Source: Felis catus
Lineage: Eukaryota
Reading direction: 5' to 3'
NCBI RefSeq assembly: GCF_018350175.1
Contig: NC_058368.1
Location: 59,894,001 to 59,958,000 of the forward strand
DNA: 64,000 nt
Each line of letters opens with the position of its first letter. Within the stretch, counting starts at the first letter, position 1. Shown piece after piece: positions 50,745 to 63,597 of this stretch. The notes under the pieces are model-generated. The model worked only from the letters and a program-made list of their open reading frames with translations. It did no database searches and had not been told where the DNA came from. The position numbers and the translations under genes are program-made.

Positions 50745-53157
50745 GAGTACACACACAGGATGGAGAAATACCTAGAGAGAGAGCACTCTCTCTTTTAGTC
50801 TATTGTGTGTATTTGTTCCATAACCACACTTTTGTCCACTGAGTTCCAAATGTCAGCTGGGAACCTTTATAATAATTCCTCTTAAATACTTGGGCGAGTC
50901 TAGGTTAAATATGTCTGTCATGTGCAGTCAAAAATGTCCTTATTCAGTTCTTGTAATGATCAAGTGATTTAAGTAAATGAAAGCACCTCACAAACTGTAA
51001 ATCTCTAAACAAATATATGGTATTATTGTCAGAGTGACATAATAATTTCCTCATGTTGACTCAGTACTTATGAGTGTCTTTTTCACCTTTATACAGAGAT
51101 TTTTAACGACTAATGAAATTCAATTAGTAGTGAAAAAAACAATGATATTACTTACTGAATTTTTAGATCTAAGGAAAAGTGCAACAAGAATGGATTTGAA
51201 ACCTAAGAATTTTATTATATTATTTAATAAATAAAATGAAATTTAAAAAATCATGTGTTCTCCCAATGATTACAAAGCTATGAAAATGAATACTCTTGAT
51301 GACTATGCAGAAAGCAAATGGTCTTAAATAAATTATCACACATTAATTTTTAAATGTCATGCTAACAAGAAGAAAAATTCTGGACCCAAGAATGGAGAGT
51401 AGGAGTATTTTGCAAGCATAGAGGAAACAGTGTCATTGTAGAGGGTTTTGGAAAGCTATCTTATTTAACAACAGTTTTTCAAGCCAGCAATACTTGATGT
51501 ATTTTTTATGTTAATTCTTTTCTGTTACTTTTGCAGAAGTGAAAAACAAAATATTTATATTCAAAGTATGCACAGCATTCTTGACTCTTTAATTTGCATA
51601 ATACAAATGGAATTTATCATAAGTCTTAAAAATTCTATCCCTCCTGAGTTTTTCACCTTTATATCCAATTTCTGCTCCTTTTTCAAGGATCAATAGTCTA
51701 TTCTTTGTTCCTACAAACTCTAACTTCCCCAATCAAAAACAAACAAGCAAGCAAAAGTCACAGATATGCTATTTCTCTAAAAGAAGAAATTTTTGCATGA
51801 TAAACAAAATTAGGGCACATGCATTTGTAAAATGTGATTTCTATTTGAACTCCTCATATTTAATTCAGGGAATACATCAAGTGGGATAATATGTATTTAT
51901 TGTTTCTAGCTCACTGCACATTATCGTTTGTTTCTCCCAATGTTATCCATTTAAGATAACTAATAGTTTTTACTTAAAGAGATTCCAAACCTATGCTGTT
52001 TTAATAGATTATTTTAGAAAGAACAGCTTTTCTTGTTCTTAACCCGTGCTCCTGATGGTGGTTCATTTAGTCAAATCCACCTTATTTCTTTTCTGCATAT
52101 TCCATACTATAATATATTTTAGTGGTTATGGAAGGATCCTAGTTGAAAGGTGGAAAAATAATCAGATTGAGTTCTGATGTATTCAAAAGAGTGATGGATC
52201 TAGCAAGACATGAAGAAACCGTATCCTAAGATTATTCAGTTAAAGAGAAAATAAATGTCCTATTTTCTAAAAAAAAAAGTTTGAGTGAAGTTTCATGCAA
52301 CTGCTAATGAAAATGAATATTTAGTAATAGTTATTGAGTGCTTATTATATGATTGACATTCAGAGATTCTAAGTACTGTTTTAAGGAGTACCTTTCCAAA
52401 CTTTTCCATTACCTTAGATTATCTGGTGAGTTCATTCCAGTTTGAGTTTTGAAATGATTCCTTTAATACTTTGATATATCTTTGTGACTCAGCCTCCAAA
52501 ATATAACAAAAAACAATAATGCATAATCACCTAGCTCATGGCTTAAAAGTCACTGTTTTTTTATAGTTCTTTTCATTGTGTATAGTTCCAACCTTCCCTG
52601 ATATTCATAAGAAAGTCTCTTTTCAGAACAATGAGTAATATTTTTTCTTCAAGTTTTATATTTCACATTGTTCCTCAGACCATTTTAGGATGATTTTATT
52701 TCAATATAAGTTTTTCTTTTATGTTTAATATTTAATATTTCCTTTCACAAGCTTAATTAGTGGTTTCCTATTTCAAGTTCTGGTTCTAAAGTCCTTTCAT
52801 TTCTCACTGTTTTTTCTTTGGTTCTTAAAGCCAGAGTGTTTTCTTTTTCATCTCTATACTTGATTTTTACAGACATACTATTCAGGCTAGTCCCATATTC
52901 CAAACTCCAAATATAATAATTTGTCCTATAATAAGTCTCCTTTTTATATGCATTTGTTAATAAAATCTACCATTACTTTATTATTGAATCCAAGGATTTA
53001 GGCCATTAAATTATGCAGTCGTATTCAAGACTAATGAATAAACTGGAGGTATTTTTTAATTGGTGGAAATAAACTTTGTACCTGCTATCAAACCCCTGGA
53101 AAAGGCTGGTTACTTCCAATATACAAATGAAATTAAACAATTAATCTGATGATAACA

Positions 53158-53241
53158 TTCTTGAATAATTATTCACTCTTTCTTGAATTATTATTTACTC
53201 ATTCTTGAATAATTATTCTTTCTTGAAGAATTATGCACTCT
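53158..53241. repeat. Degenerate minisatellite, four units of about 22 bp (ttcttgaataattattcactct)
   Basis: Units start at 53158, 53180, 53202 and 53220. Confidence 0.85.
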
Positions 53242-53544
53242 CCACATATTTGAGGTTTTAGTAAAGGCAAAACTCAGCAGAGAATCATTCGACTTTGATA
53301 GAATTTAAGTAACGTTTGTAGGTGTAAAAACGGAAGTTACATCTTAAATGTGGAAACAAACCTTGTGTATTTATGAAGTTGGAGTGTATGTGAGACAATA
53401 ACCGTGCAATTGAAAAATCATAATAGATCAAGTATGGCTTTGACACACATGTTGGATTGATAATGGAAGTTAATTCTTGTGTGGAAATTTTCTTCTCTAG
53501 GAGGTAGAAATTAGCACATTTTCTTTAAATGTGAATTATAGTCG

Positions 53545-53935
53545 AGTCACGGAGAGGATGGGGCCCACTGCAAAATGAAAACATAGAATTCCTTATTTAA
53601 AAGTCATCAATAGGGGTGCCTGGGTGGCTCAGTAGGTTGAGCATCCAACTTTTGATTTCTGCTCAGGTCATGATTTCAGAGTTCTTGAGATCCAGCCCTA
53701 CATAGGTTTCTGTCTTGACATCATGGAGCCTGCTTGGGGTTCTCTCTCTCTCTCTCTCTCTCTGCTGCCCCCTCCCCCCCCCGTGCATGTTTGCACCCTC
53801 TCCCTCTCTCTCAAAATAAATAAATAAAATGATTAATAAACTAAGATATCAACATCAGAGCATTAAAGGAAGCACAAACCCATCTAAGCCAAGACCCTGT
53901 GAAACTGCAGAGTTGCATTCCTTTGAAGTTAGCAG
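53545..53935 (-). mobile_element. MER45A-like hAT element split by a SINE
   Basis: ggggcccactgcaaaatgaaaa...cagagcattaaa...gaccctgtgaaactgcagagttgca...tgaag matches the reverse MER45A consensus. Confidence 0.75.
53613..53829 (+). mobile_element. CanSINE
   Basis: ggggtgcctgggtggctcag head, CT tract and A tail. Confidence 0.95.
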
Positions 53936-53946
53936 AAAACCGGAAT

Positions 53947-54388
53947 TGTAGTCATGCAGATATGCCTATCAGATCCTGACCATCGGGAATATAATTGACC
54001 CCCAGCCCTGGTTGCTGTTCCCTGAAAGCGGTCACTGTATCCAGTTAACTCATACCTCCAGTAGGGTCTTCTTAGTAATTACTAAGTGTGTCAGCATTAC
54101 TGAAATTGGCCTATTCCTGAGATACATGTTACATTTCTAGCAGGTGACTGGCTTGATGACTCAACGTTGTCCTAGCCTTAACTTCCTTAGAACTGTAACA
54201 GTCTTAGGAATTTTTTTCCTATCAAATCTTTCTTACTTCCCTCTCTGCTCTACAGGATTAAGACATGCATTATGTTCTGACACTTTACTGAACTTCTCTG
54301 GCTCTCTCCCACTCTCTGTCCCTCAATAAATCTTTTCATATCTAACCATATCTTAGTGTCTGCTTCTTGGAGGACACAAACTAAAACA
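53947..54388 (+). mobile_element. LTR16-type (ERVL) 5' LTR
   Basis: tgtag start; cctcaataaatctt...tcttagtgtctgcttcttggaggacacaaactaaaaca end, typical of LTR16. Confidence 0.8.
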
Positions 54389-56110
54389 TATGGCTTCACT
54401 AGCGGTCTGAAGCAAAGGGCCTGCTTTATGGGAGCATTAATGCATCATCTGATGAGCAAATATGATGATCTCCAGAATAGTATGGATGGTACTTCCAGTG
54501 TGGTAGTGACAGTACAATTGCTAAAGATTATGCCTGGAACATAGTTACAGTTGTGAGAAATGGCCTTGTGGGTACAATGATTTAGGTATTTGAAAAGTGT
54601 GTGAGATAGCATAAATGGCTAGTTATTGCTAACACTCTATAGAGAGATAAGGAGGAGCTTAAGGTCATTAATGGCATATAAAGCCTAAGTTTGGGAGTCA
54701 AAGGATATATTTTGTAGCTTACAAGTAGGTCCTTCTCTCCTGTAGTGAAAGGATGAACATATTTGATCCAAAAACATAACATCAAACAATTAGACATACA
54801 GAATCAGTAGATATTAAATACAGTAGATATTAAATACACATTCAGTCAATCTTGGGAATATCCCAGGTATTGGAAATTGAGGATGCTGGATCAAGAGGGT
54901 GAGCATATAAAAACACACAAGTAAAATTTCATTGAGTTGAAAGTACTTTCTGGAAATATGGACTTTAACAACCTGGTTAAGATCCTAGGGGTGGATCAGA
55001 TTCTGTTAGGGTGCCTGTGAGAGATCTGGAGAAATTGATGGCTAATGCCGAGAAGAGTAGAAATGATCAAGCTATTCTGACTGCCAGTAAAAAAGGAAGA
55101 AAAAAGCTGAGGAAAGTGGACATGCTGAAATTGAAATTTGAGAGGTCGACAAAACTGCCAGAGTATTTTATTCTGTTGTAAGATTATACTTTTGCATTTT
55201 CCAAGGCTGTCAAGAATGTGTTGGTAAAGGAATATCAACCGCACTAGGAAGTTGTGATGGCTTTCCATTTCAGGCTAGGTATGACAGTTGAGGTGTTGAA
55301 TCAGTGATCAATTTACCAATATCCATGAGATGCTAAAAGAGGGAGCACTAGTAGAGGTCAAGTGACAACATTTAACTATCAAAAACCAGAGGGCTGCAAT
55401 TACCATAATAAATAGCAAGCTTGAAGGCACAGATAAGAGGGCTTCCCTTACAGGGAATTTTATGAACAGTTAATAAAATATGGTGTCACTTGGAACAGTC
55501 AACGATGGTGTAGGAGGAGACAGCTGAGATTGGTCACCTCAATAAAGATTCATGACTCTTGCTCGGTTTCCAGACCTTTACTGATTTTCAATTCTGGAAT
55601 CTATTGACTGGAGGGGTTTGCAAGATTCTTATGAGAAAGTACTCTGCAGCTATATGGCAAGTTTATACCATACTAATTCATCCAATCTTTGACCAAAGAA
55701 CCTACAGCCTTTTATTCAGTTTTTACTTTTATTCAGTTTTACTTTTATTCAGTTTTCACTGAGGAAAGGAGAATAATCAGACATTTTGAGAACTGTTGAA
55801 CATAAGGTTCTGAGATGGCAAGAATACCCAGAGACCTGTTGTGTCAGCATGGACCTCTTGTTAGAGGAGGCCTTGTGGGGACCAGATAATAAATAGCATT
55901 ACAGTTAACAGTGGGTCCATTCAGTCAATGGACATATTCACTAATAATTTCTACTGACCCAAGGTGTACAAGTAGTATCTATAGACTTGACAAATGGAAT
56001 AACTCCCACATTGCTTCCCTGCTGTGGGGTAAGAACTAGCCTAGTAGAAAAAGGCCAAGGACCCTGAAACTGCTGTTCCTCATCTCCCAATTTCACAAAA
56101 CAGTATGTGT
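54389..56110 (+). pseudogene. Decayed ERVL-class (HERV16-like) gag and protease, truncated at the start of RT
   Basis: About 54870-54990 reads WKLRMLDQEGEHIK...FIELKVLSGNMDFN (ERVL Gag 'WILRVWDNGGRNIKLDQAEFIDMGPLSRDSAFN'); about 55763-55835 reads GKENNQTF*ELLN (protease 'GKGNNQTFRGLLDTG'). Confidence 0.82.
55710..55757. repeat. Three copies of a 16-17-bp unit (cttttattcagtttt(t)a)
   Basis: Read directly from the sequence. Confidence 0.85.
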
Positions 56111-57336
56111 TGTACTTTGTTAGGAAAATGAATGTACTGACCTGGAAGCAAAGAGAGGGGAAGATACTGTGATCCAGATAAAGGTGACAGGGTGGAATAA
56201 GGATAAATTGAGAATTAAGTTAAAAATATATCTGTAACAGCTGTGTCTACTTCAAAGGATTCAGGAACAACAGAGGAAAATTAAACATCAACCAGAAATT
56301 AAAGGTATATCTAACTGCTCTAGTAAGGGAATTGGCAAAAAAGGAATGTTTATGCAGTCACGAATATAGTGCAAATTATAAGATTTGGCAAACTTAAACA
56401 CTGAAGGAAGGCAATGCTTTGGGGAAGACTACTAGGCTAAGTACATGTAATTTCTTACCGGGTGGGTTAGACTTATGGACCTACAAGATCAGGAGGAGAA
56501 AGGAAGAAGGAGAAGGAAGATAGGCACCCAATAAAGTACATTCAAAAAATGCCATGTGGTTCTCCTGAGATTGAAACAATGCAGACAAAATAGCATGAGA
56601 TGGGATTAGGGTAAGAATCGTAATGTTAACTGTGGCTTGTCCCCAGTTTGGAGTGTCTGCTGGTAACAGAGAATAATTTCTCTCTCTGGGCAGAGTTCTT
56701 TTATGCATTGTGATTCCTACATGAAGTTGTTAGAAAAGAAATGGAAATGGAGTAGTTTTAAATATTTAAGAGATCCCTTATGGGGAGAAACTGTCATCAA
56801 ATTGTTGTCATGATAGCAAATTTAGACTTAGGAATAGGTCAGAATTAATTTCTTCATGAATGATTTCTATCATCTGATTTTAAAATACCAATCCATAGCA
56901 TCTGGTTAACTGGCATGGATTGATTAGATTTTGGTATGAAACTAAGATGAATTCCTCTTCTGTGTTCTAAAATACAGTGTTTAATAAATATTAGGTAGGG
57001 AGGTCATTTGAAGTAATATTTTTGCTACAGTGCCTTGAAATGTAAGTGTAGAGCTACAACTTAGATATCCTCCTGACATTTTGAATTATTAAGCAGTTTT
57101 CTGGTACGTTTTTTAATAAATTTAATCATCTGAATTTGGGTATTCCAGTGGAACCCCATCCATGATAATGAGTAAAGTCCAAACTGAAGCTAAAGAATGA
57201 CAATCTAAATAAGCTCAAGACCAGACCATTTCTTGAGATGTTTAGTGCTTCTTTGCTCAGCAGCTGCCCTTCAACTTTTCTAGGACATACTGGATTTACA
57301 TTTGAAATTATGGATTATAAGATACTTATCACTTTG

Positions 57337-57368
57337 TATTTTTTTCATAATTTTTTATGTTTATTTTT

Positions 57369-57400
<32 letters not shown>

Positions 57401-57562
57401 ACAAATGGGGGAGGGGCAGAGAGAGAGGGAGACAGAGTCGGAAGCAGGCTCCAAGCTCTGAGCCTGTCAGCACAGAGCATGATGCAGGGCTCAAACCCAG
57501 GAAATGTGAGATCATGACCTGAGCCGGTGGGTCGCTTAACAGACTGAGCCATCCAGGCGCCC
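57337..57562 (-). mobile_element. CanSINE
   Basis: TSD gatacttatcacttt / gataattatcacttt. Confidence 0.96.
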
Positions 57563-58134
57563 TGATAATTATCACTTTTTAAATTATTGTCTCCTTGGTA
57601 TTTTGAGTGACCCTGGGGCCTTGGTCTTATCAAAACTAGATTAATCTGTTTTCCAGATCTAAGAAAGAGACCAAGTGCTTTTCAGGGGACAATCCTGCTT
57701 AGTTTCCATGAGTGGCATTGTTTGCTGACATGTATTGGAAGCCTGCCTGGAAAATAAAGCCAATTAAGCAACGGGAAACAGAGGCAAGAGATGAGGTGAA
57801 AAAGATTTCATGCTGAAGACCCTGGTTCCATTGGTACTGAGCCTTTACTACTCCATTATTTTCTCTAGAGTTATATGAGTTTTCTAAGAAGAGCTTTGGG
57901 GCCACAGCTAGTTGGATTTGGGATTTCTTCCATTCTTTGTATTGAAGTAAAAAAGAGGAGAAGGTAAATTTTAAAGACTTTGATTTTTCCAAAAAGGATT
58001 TGCAATACTGCTTTTCAACTCTAACTTAATATTTGAAAATAGATATTACTTAAAATTTGAGGAGAAATGGTAAAATTAATATATCAGTGATTTGGTTGTT
58101 GCTGAAATCATTTTATTTGAGATGCATTGCCCTT

Positions 58135-58240
58135 TATTTCATTAGATGAAAGCTCCAGCAGGGAAGGGAGCTTATCCATTTTGTTTTCTGCTCATCCTAA
58201 ATACCTAGTCCAAGAAGAACTCAATAAATATTTGTGACTC
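58135..58240 (+). mobile_element. LINE-2 3' end
   Basis: tagatgaaagctccagcagggaaggg...actcaataaatatttgtga. Confidence 0.7.
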
Positions 58241-59017
58241 CTTAATTGTGCTATGCATCTTACCCCAATAATTAGGAATTAAGATGTACAATGCAATTGG
58301 AATAGTAACAGAAAGGGAACTCTACCTAAAGAAAGGTATAGTCTCGACATCAACTTTATTAAAATCCTCTCACAATTCTTTTTAGAGGCTTCTGGAACTA
58401 ATACAAAATAGATTTTGAAGACTATTTCAAGGTTCAGCCACCCACATTATTGGTCATACAAGAAATGCATGTTATTAGATGGAAATGGCATCAGATTTTC
58501 CCTGATTTTCAGCAACTCTTCTCCCCTGAGAACATAGTAAACAATGGCTTTGCTGATAAGCTAAGTAACTTAACAAAATGAACTAAATGGTATAAGTGAA
58601 AAGATACTCTTTTCCTTTCCTCACTCAACAAATAATTCATTCATGTTATGTAGCAATTTGAAGCACTCACTGTGTCTTACAGAGAGACATGGATGGGAGA
58701 AGGTTTCTTTTTGCTTTCCAGACATGTAAGCTATTTTTGAATTTGATACATTATTCCATTGGCCAATACTCTTTTTCCCATTCAGAAATTTCAAATGACA
58801 GGTTCTGTTTCCTAGCAAATAAATCTATTTTTAGGAGTTCTTGTAATACCTGTCCTTAGAACAACATCACAATTTCATTATTATTTTTAAGAATAGTGAT
58901 AAATTTAGATAGAAAAATCAATCTCTTGCCAAAAAAAAAGATACTTGGTAGAAGGAAATATTGTTGTGAAAAATTAAACAAATACCTTTTAGTAGAGGAG
59001 GTAAAGAATATTTCTTT

Positions 59018-59212
59018 TTTTATTTTTTGAGAGACAGAGAAGAGACAGAGTATGAGCAGGCGAGGGGCAGAGAGGGAGTCACAGAACCCAAAGCAGGCTC
59101 CAGTCTCTGAGCTGTCAGCACAGAGCCTGATGTGAGGCTCAAACCCATAAACACGAGATCATGACCTGAACCAAAGTCGGATGTTTCACTGACTGAACCA
59201 CCGAGGCACCCC
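59018..59212 (-). mobile_element. CanSINE
   Basis: Perfect TSD aagaatatttcttt at 59004-59017 and 59213-59226. Confidence 0.96.
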
Positions 59213-60059
59213 AAGAATATTTCTTTAACTATTTTATCTGGCTCCAAAAAATACTTAAAAGAGGAATTCAAAGAATAATTGTACTAGAAGTAAGTGTTAG
59301 CAAAATAATTTTAACTGAGCAAAAAACAAACCAGATTATTTGTTAATAAATTGATTATATTCAAAATTAATATTAAAGTATCAAAATAGTCCCTATAATT
59401 GATCAAATCCCTATGAAATCAAGTTGAGGAGTTTTTGTGAAGTCTTTTTGTTTGAAGAGCTCTGACTGAAGCACCCAAGAAATTAAGCATTAGCTGAGAA
59501 AAAGAAAAGATACATAGGACCTATATAAAGAAACCCTAAAACTCGACTAAGCGACATAAAGACAAACTTAAAGTTCTTAACGAATTTTATGTGCAAAAGA
59601 AAACAAAACTTATGTCACTTTCAAATTAAGTTCTATTAGGGGTATGGTGATTTACTAGATATTAAGGACAAGATAAAATGGTAGCAAGTGGAGAAAATAA
59701 CAACAGAGCAGTGTCGACTGGGAACACATGTTGGGAGGTGCTAGAAAGTTACTCCTATTAACCCCAGCACAACTAGGAGATGGGTTGCCTCTGTCATCAA
59801 GAAACTCATTCCCTGTCCATGGGAAATGATGACAGTAAAATGTACGGGAGGGAAAAGCAAGTTTGGGGACCTAAAATTTGAGGGGCAGCTCTGCCACATC
59901 ATCTTTTCTGTCTTGTAAGATGTGTCCCACGCCAGGGAGAATACTAGGGCTCCTCAGAAAAATGAATTTTTTCCCAAGGAATCCAGGCATTTCTTGATAA
60001 GGGCAAGACAATTACAAGGACAACCTGTAATATCTTGTCAAGCCAGAAAGCAGCAGAAG

Positions 60060-60610
60060 TATTTTAAAAATGAAGGAGAAATGTTAGGACACAGAAGCCA
60101 TCATTAAGAGGCTCCTACTGGTGAAATCTGGGACAATTTAAACATCAAAATAAGTAATGACTGTAATATGTTATAAACTATTGACCAAATGTGGAAACCA
60201 AGACTCCATACTAATATAAATTAATACAAGAATGAGTATTTACGTAGTTTTAAGTGTTCAATCCACAAAATAATTATATATTACGAAGGATAAAAGAGTA
60301 ACTTTATAATGAAGACGTCTGGCAGACAACACATCAGTCAGATGATCCAAGCGAATATCATCAGCAATGGGGAACACTATGGGCCATTTGATAAGGCACA
60401 ATGAAAAGAACACGGTATCACTTCTCTAACCTTCCTGCCAAAGATGCATAACCAGAATCCAATCAAAAGAACAAATTGAAGTCTACTCTACAAAATAACT
60501 GACCCACTATCTTCAAAAGCATTGGGGTCATAAAGATTAAAGAACTCTTCCAGATTGAAGGAGACTAAAGAGGTATGACTATTAAATGCAAGGCATAATT
60601 CTGAGCTAGG
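60060..60610 (+). mobile_element. L1MC-type 3' UTR fragment
   Basis: aaatctgggacaatttaaacatcaaaataagtaatgac...cagattgaaggagactaaagaggtatgactattaaatgcaa is characteristic of the L1MC 3' region. Confidence 0.8.
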
Positions 60611-60693
60611 CTCCACTAGCCTTGACTCCAGCCTGTAGCTCCAGATCTGTACCACACGTCTTTCATTCTTCTGGATTAGCAAATTGCCTAAGG

Positions 60694-60698
<5 letters not shown>

Positions 60699-60724
<26 letters not shown>
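60699..60724. repeat. (GT)n microsatellite
   Basis: Read directly from the sequence. Confidence 0.95.
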
Positions 60725-61414
60725 GCGCCAAAATTCAGCACAGGTTAACTGCATAAATGCAGTTCAAGCTCCCCTCTCACTTCACATCTAAACTATCTAA
60801 TTGGCTTGTGCATGTCACAAGGCTAAGCCCAGTTTTAAGGAATGGGAACACACATGGATGTATAATAATGTTACAACTGGGCAGTGAAGATAATAATGTT
60901 ACAACTGAGACCAGTACTTCAACCTACCACACTTACTGTGTGCCTTATGCTTTCTTAGACTCACTATATGGCCTGGCATACAATGATGAATTCCCCATCT
61001 CAGGCATGATTTACTGCCACTCACATTGTTGACCCTAAGGAAGATGCTCATTCTTAGTGATCTTTTACTGTTGCATATTTTTTTCTACCCTTGTTGATAA
61101 ACAGTCTGCCATGTCAATGTTAACTAATGATGTTGGTTCTAGGAAAAGGTTGCCTTTCTGCATTTGGAACTTCTAAAATCTGCAAACATTTTGCATCATC
61201 AGTTTTATGTTTATTCTGGTCTGGAGAAATAATCACAGATGTGATTTAAAAGGAAAAAAGAAAAGCATGAACAAGGGTGCTTATTACAACATGGCTTGTG
61301 AGAGTAATAAAGTAGAAAATCCCAAAGGTCCCTCAACAAGGCAGGAGCTAAATAATACTGGCATTTCCATGGCAGTTAAAAAAAATAGAGTAGAGTTAAA
61401 AAAAAAAAAAAGAT

Positions 61415-61625
61415 AATATGGTGAAATGAGCTGGCTTTTGAGTCATAATGCCTGGGTTTATGTGCTGGCTCCAGCATAGAGAAGCTCTGTGACTGGATGA
61501 AAATTAGGTAACCTATCCAAATCTTAATATCCTCTTCTCTAAAACCAGGTAATGAGGAATACATACTCTATGAGATTGTCTGAGAATTAAAAGAAGTAAT
61601 GCTCATAAAACAGTGCCTTGCCTGG
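61415..61625 (+). mobile_element. MIR
   Basis: ggcttttgagtca...cctgggttt...ctggctcca...agctctgtgact...tgagattgtctgagaattaaa...acagtgcct. Confidence 0.65.
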
Positions 61626-62756
61626 CCCATTTCAAAAGCTCCTGGGGCCTCACACTACATTGAAAATTACGATTTAGTAACTGTGTATTTTTGATTTTGA
61701 GTACAATAGAGAAATTAATGTATCATCAGTTTTAAAAGAAACAACTAGTTCAATGAACTGATATAAATTGTCACAAAACTTAGTTACATATCAACATATA
61801 CATATATTACTACATGTATATATCAGCTATATACATACAAGTATATACATCACTATTTAAAAATTATACATAAAAATGTACAAATACAGTGTCTTTATCT
61901 GTCATTAATAAATCAATGAAATAAAAGTGGTAATTTAATTAAATGTTTGGAAGAAAAGCAAAACTAGATTATCCTTCCCCCAAATCTTTTAGAACATTAT
62001 TCTATATATTTAATTCATCATATATAAATAAAAATACATTTTAACATGTAAAATCAAAGATTTAAAGAGAATACAAATTAGTTAACACTTCCTTAGTACC
62101 AAGATAGAACAGAAACAATAAAAATCCAATAATTTTATATATGAATATCACTTCTTTCTGTAACAAAGCAAACATATAAATTTGAAAGCATAAAAATAGT
62201 GAAAAATTACATTTTAAGTATTGTTAATGAATTTAAATAAAATACTTTCAATAAAAAAGATAAAAATCCCTATATTATTGTCTAATAATAAAATGTTAGG
62301 AGTTCTGTTTAATCACTGAAAAAAAAGGGAGTTATTTTTCTTAAATACTACATACATTTTTCTTTATTTTAAAGATGCTCTTAAAATATTTGCTCTGCAA
62401 TATTTTGCTTTATGATATAAGTTATACTTCTAATGAAGTAAGAGTTTCCACTAGTTTGTAATTAATTTACCTAATTGGACCAAAAATGTCAAATACATTT
62501 AATTTCACTATGTTTGAAACTACTCATTTTGATCTCTCACACACTTGTAACAGAAGCCACTTTGTCCAACCCAGTTTAACATTGTCAGATATATGAATTA
62601 ACTTGTAATTATTCCTCTCCCACACTTATTAATTAATTCAAAATTATTTATTATATATTTATTGTGGGCAAGGAATAAGACATAGTACTTTCTCATTCCT
62701 ATATAAGACTTACCAAGGTCTCATATTTTCCTTTGGGCTACCACAGGGACAAAATT

Positions 62757-62759
<3 letters not shown>

Positions 62760-62798
<39 letters not shown>

Positions 62799-62815
62799 AC
62801 ACACTGACACACACA
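62760..62815. repeat. (CA)n microsatellite
   Basis: Read directly from the sequence. Confidence 0.97.
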
Positions 62816-63019
62816 GAAAAAAGGTTCTAGTTTGGGGTAATATTCCTATATTTATACATTTATTTAATTTATTAATTTACCCAATCCTATTTATTGAGTA
62901 TTTTTATATGCAAAGTACCTCATATGGCAAGCAAAATAAGTGAATAAATCTGTTCAAGTAGATAAATAAGTAAAATATAAGGTGGTGTATTGTTAAGGTT
63001 TAAATATATAGATACTTTT

Positions 63020-63229
63020 GGGGCGCCTGGGTGGCGCAGTCGGTTAAGCGTCCGACTTCAGCCAGGTCACGATCTTGCGGTCTGTGAGTTCGAGCCCCGC
63101 GTCAGCCTCTGGGCTGATGGCTCAGAGCCTGGAGCCTGCTTCGGATTCTGTGTCTCCTTCTCTCTCTGCCCCTCCCCCATTCATGCTCTGTCTCTCTCTG
63201 TCTCAAAAATAAATAAATGTTAAAAAAAA
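63020..63229 (+). mobile_element. Young SINEC_Fc
   Basis: Perfect 19-bp TSD taaatatatagatactttt at 63001-63019 and 63230-63248. Confidence 0.98.
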
Positions 63230-63597
63230 TAAATATATAGATACTTTTAAAATAAAATATAAATATAATAATAATAATAATATAAATATAAATTTAAAAA
63301 CTTTGCCATTTCATCCCAAATGCAAATTGTGTAATGTATTATTTCTTTAAGTACAAGTAACATATCAAGCTTATGGAAAAATACAAACATGAGAAATTCT
63401 TTGACTCCAAATACTAAATCAAAGAATTAAAAATTTTCCATTAAAATATTTATTAATTTATTTTCCTCCACTGTTTACTACAGATAAGCCCTGTAATAAT
63501 TCTTTGTTAGTTGAAACTTTGTTTTTCATAAAAGGTATCTCAATTATTTGTTGTATTACCTACCTAAGCCTCTACCCAACACACTTACACATTTGTA

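Noticed and set aside
53158..55757. Short repeat arrays as CRISPR-like structures
   Set aside because: Mammalian DNA, no unique spacers of regular length and no cas genes; simple tandem duplications
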